A stretch of DNA of 26,924 bases from a virus. Lineage: Duplodnaviria; Caudoviricetes. A program made the position numbers and the translations under genes. The stretch spans positions 1 to 26,924 of the IMG/VR virus record IMGVR_UViG_3300020016_000039; one strand, written 5' to 3'. Position 1 is the first letter of the stretch, and every line of letters begins with the position of its first letter. Under the pieces are notes generated by a model that was not told the DNA's origin, did no database searches, and worked only from the letters and a program-made list of their open reading frames with translations. This document shows positions 24,551 through 26,924 of the stretch, one piece after another.

Positions 24551-25252
24551 ATGGAAAATAATAATAGGCAGGGATGCAGATGGACGAAAGAGAAGCCGGA
24601 ATTTAAAAAAGAATGTGTTTTAGTAACGGCAACAAAGTATAACAGGAATATCGAAGCGATAGATTATTATTATACCATTTGGCAGATCAAGCAAATTGAT
24701 GGCGAAGATGAAGACGGAAATACTGCGTGGTATTGGGGCTTGCTTAATGGCGATGGTGAAGAATATGGTGCACTTGAAGATTTGCGAGCAGATTATTACA
24801 GAATAATTTCCGACCCCGAATCCATAGAACCCTGTGCTACTTCTTCAGAAAATTATTGGAAGAAAAGATGTGAAGCGGCTGAAAAGATAGTTGCAATAGC
24901 TGGAATTGTTGATTGTGCTGGTTACGATCAGTGGCAAAAATTAAAAACAATGAGCGATAATTACCCATCGGGCATTTCTGAAATATACCCAGAAGTAACA
25001 GGATTTTTAAACTCGTTGCCAATATCAAAGTATCAAAGAAAAATACTTTATCGTGCTTTAAATCAGAAGCCGGAAACCAAACTCGCTAAAGAATGGCGGC
25101 AGTTGTACGAGGGTATGTTTGATGAATGGGAAGAACACCATAAGGCCTTAGAAGAAATAAGAACAATAGCATTGAATGGATATATTTCTAGTGGATGGCA
25201 AAAAGTTATAGAGATAACAAACAAAGAATTAAATAAACCCTCAAACATTTAA
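24551..25252 (+). CDS. Modular hypothetical protein (MENNNRQGCRW-domain-ESIEPCATSSE-domains-LNKPSNI)
   Basis: 233 aa; repeat A at both ends, repeat B internal. Confidence 0.78.
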   Translation: MENNNRQGCRWTKEKPEFKKECVLVTATKYNRNIEAIDYYYTIWQIKQIDGEDEDGNTAWYWGLLNGDGEEYGALEDLRADYYRIISDPESIEPCATSSENYWKKRCEAAEKIVAIAGIVDCAGYDQWQKLKTMSDNYPSGISEIYPEVTGFLNSLPISKYQRKILYRALNQKPETKLAKEWRQLYEGMFDEWEEHHKALEEIRTIALNGYISSGWQKVIEITNKELNKPSNI

Positions 25253-25697
25253 TCATGGAAAATAAATCAGCAATAGACACAAGTAATGATAGGTACGAAG
25301 TTCGCAGATATTTTGATGGCCACTATGAAACCACTACTCACACAGACTTAACACTTGGTGAGGCAAAAGATATTTCCGAAAAATTAAACAAGCAACCAAG
25401 AGCCTATGTCAATCATTCGATACATAAAATTCACAACACCCAAAAACAGTAATCATGGAAAATAATAATAGGCAGGGATGCAGATGGGTGAAAGCAAGTG
25501 AACGATTGCCGGAAAAATTTGAAGTCCTTCATTTAAAGATTCACAATTCGCCATCGTTTATGAACGTAGGTATGTACTCTAAAAAGAATAATTCGTTCAA
25601 GGTTCAAGATGATAATTATTCAACCGCTACATCTTATCCAATTGAAATTGTTGAATGGCTTGACGAATCCATAGAACCCTGTGCTACTTCTTCAGAA
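24817..25697 (+). repeat. Junction repeat B, perfect 34 bp in two copies (CGAATCCATAGAACCCTGTGCTACTTCTTCAGAA)
   Basis: 24817-24850 and 25664-25697; both read in frame as ESIEPCATSSE, with unrelated flanks. Confidence 0.95.
25255..25452 (+). CDS. Hypothetical protein starting MENK
   Basis: 65 aa; start codon lies in repeat A. Confidence 0.7.
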   Translation: MENKSAIDTSNDRYEVRRYFDGHYETTTHTDLTLGEAKDISEKLNKQPRAYVNHSIHKIHNTQKQ

Positions 25698-25997
25698 GCG
25701 GTTGAAATATTAAAAGAGTTGTGCCAATTAAAGCATTACAAAGACACAGTAGGCAAGGATTCCGTTTATGAAAAATCACAACCTGAAGCATGGAAGAAAG
25801 CTAATGATTTTCTTAATTCAATAATAAGTAACGCCCCCTCCCCCACAGGTGACCGAGACTGTGAGGAGTTGAAAAAGGGTCTGGAAGAAATGATGAGTAA
25901 GATTAATGACCTAATTGATTACACCGATGGCATACCAAGAGAAATGGCTCAAAAACTACATTCCAAAGCCAAACAACTTTTAAACAAACACCCTTGA
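25455..25997 (+). CDS. Modular protein with a DUF551-like N-terminal domain
   Basis: MENNNRQGCR-WVKASERLPE...VEWLD-ESIEPCATSSE...LLNKHP. Confidence 0.78.
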   Translation: MENNNRQGCRWVKASERLPEKFEVLHLKIHNSPSFMNVGMYSKKNNSFKVQDDNYSTATSYPIEIVEWLDESIEPCATSSEAVEILKELCQLKHYKDTVGKDSVYEKSQPEAWKKANDFLNSIISNAPSPTGDRDCEELKKGLEEMMSKINDLIDYTDGIPREMAQKLHSKAKQLLNKHP

Positions 25998-26034
25998 TGC
26001 AAAAGAGTAAAAATTATTTAGCAAACGGACGTGG

Positions 26035-26487
26035 TACTATTAAGCCAAAGTTGCGACGCTCCGTTCATCACCTGTAATACCATTTAACAATGATAGAAAT
26101 TAAAGACTATCTGCATTTATATTTGGGATGCGTGGTTGAATCAAGCGTTCCCGGTGATGGAGTGAAAGAAAAGTTTATCCTAAATGAAATAGATAAAGGC
26201 ATTTTAATGCTTGCTGAAAATAGGTGGATTAAACCCATCCTTCGCCCACTATCCGATATGACAGAGGAAGAAGAAACCGAGTATTTGAAAATCTTTCCAG
26301 AATATGAGGACTACCAAAGACTGATGTGGGAAACACAAATTTTAATGGAAGGTGAAGGGACAAAATATTTACTATCAAAATCATTCGACCTATTCAACTT
26401 AATTCCCGAAGGACTTGCATTAGATAAAACTAAGCTGAATAGCGAACCGAACGCACAAGGGAGCGTCGCAAGTAAAGCCCAATAGTA
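26035..26487. repeat. Inverted 28-bp repeat pair flanking gene 26090-26485
   Basis: 26035-26062 versus 26460-26487, 22/28 matches; perfect 12-mer TTGCGACGCTCC/GGAGCGTCGCAA plus TACTATT/AATAGTA at the same spacing. Confidence 0.75.
26090..26485 (+). CDS. Conserved Bacteroidota-phage hypothetical protein
   Basis: KDYLHLYLGC...IKPILRPLSDMTEEE...YLLSKSFDLFNLIPEGLALDK. Confidence 0.8.
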   Translation: MIEIKDYLHLYLGCVVESSVPGDGVKEKFILNEIDKGILMLAENRWIKPILRPLSDMTEEEETEYLKIFPEYEDYQRLMWETQILMEGEGTKYLLSKSFDLFNLIPEGLALDKTKLNSEPNAQGSVASKAQ

Positions 26488-26533
26488 GCAATGAAGCTGA
26501 TAAATATAACCCCTCAAACAAAAATAAAAAACA

Positions 26534-26924
26534 ATGGAACAGATACCTACCGAAAAAGATAGTATAATAGAACACATGAAAATGATTAACTATTTAAAAT
26601 CGCTTTATAGCGGTAAAAAGTTTTTTGTCGAATGTTATCCAACTGATACCAATGCACAATGTTTCCCTAATTCCAATCGTGCAGTAAAAGAAATTGAATT
26701 GCCATACTTCAAATTACACGATTTGCTCACAAAGGAATGTGAAGGGAAGGAGAAAGAAATAGCTGAATTGAAAAAGAAATGGATGGAATGTTTTACAGAA
26801 TCGGCATTAATAATTTTAAAAAACAAAGCCAAAATCTCAGAGCTTGAAGCAGAGAAGGCTGAACTACTGAAACGCTGTGGAAATTGTATAAATCCAGATA
26901 CAGGCAAACCATACTTCTCAACAC
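26534..26924 (+). CDS. Hypothetical coiled-coil protein (3' end beyond the window)
   Basis: Hand translation MEQIPTEKDSIIEHMK...KEKEIAELKKKW..., open to the window edge; preceded by a degenerate repeat A. Confidence 0.7.
   Translation, partial: MEQIPTEKDSIIEHMKMINYLKSLYSGKKFFVECYPTDTNAQCFPNSNRAVKEIELPYFKLHDLLTKECEGKEKEIAELKKKWMECFTESALIILKNKAKISELEAEKAELLKRCGNCINPDTGKPYFST

Larger units (their letters stand above)
24011..25487 (+). repeat. Junction repeat A family (AATAAACCCTCAAACATTTAATCATGGAAAATAA, with or without TAGGCAGGGATG)
   Basis: Exact 34-bp copies start at 24011, 24528 and 25232; 38-bp identity between 24546-24583 and 25450-25487; partial copies near 23529, 24217 and 26507. Confidence 0.92.

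Noticed and set aside
24011-25487. CRISPR array
   Set aside because: Repeats are hundreds of bases apart at irregular spacing, lie in coding junctions, and no cas genes are present.
24551-25997. Diversity-generating retroelement TR/VR pair
   Set aside because: Repeats are short and identical with no adenine-specific mismatches, and no reverse transcriptase is in the window.
23400-26000. Classical integron cassette array
   Set aside because: Repeats A and B are not palindromic attC-like sites and no integron integrase is visible.
24837-26907. Minus-strand ORFs 24837-25028, 25063-25248, 26311-26577 and 26635-26907
   Set aside because: Shadows of the plus-strand array genes.

Overview
AT-rich fragment of a tailed dsDNA phage or prophage, probably with a Bacteroidota host (inferred from TAnnTTT[G/A] promoter boxes, A-rich leaders without Shine-Dalgarno sites, and the protein families present). 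Most of 1-22444 is on the minus strand. Read in that direction it encodes: a Sak4-like AAA recombinase; a DnaA-domain-IV protein; a DNA-modification trio (GNAT-like/amino-MTase fusion, atypical radical-SAM protein, C5-MTase with a nested out-of-frame beta subunit); a VRR-NUC nuclease; a primase-helicase; a replication initiator with internal iteron-like repeats; a frameshifted terminase small subunit; five sugar transferases (Stealth-like, GT-D, GT-B, two GT-A) coupled to terL; a -1 frameshift tail chaperone; and the tape measure gene, which runs off the left edge. Two accessory modules share a 63-bp promoter/operator and each ends in a paralogous ~49-aa AT-hook/RHH-like gene. From 22551 on the plus strand there is an HTH gene and then an array of small genes whose boundaries and internal domain junctions carry exact short repeats, suggesting a gene/domain shuffling locus. 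All assignments come from motif reading by eye; no database searches were run.
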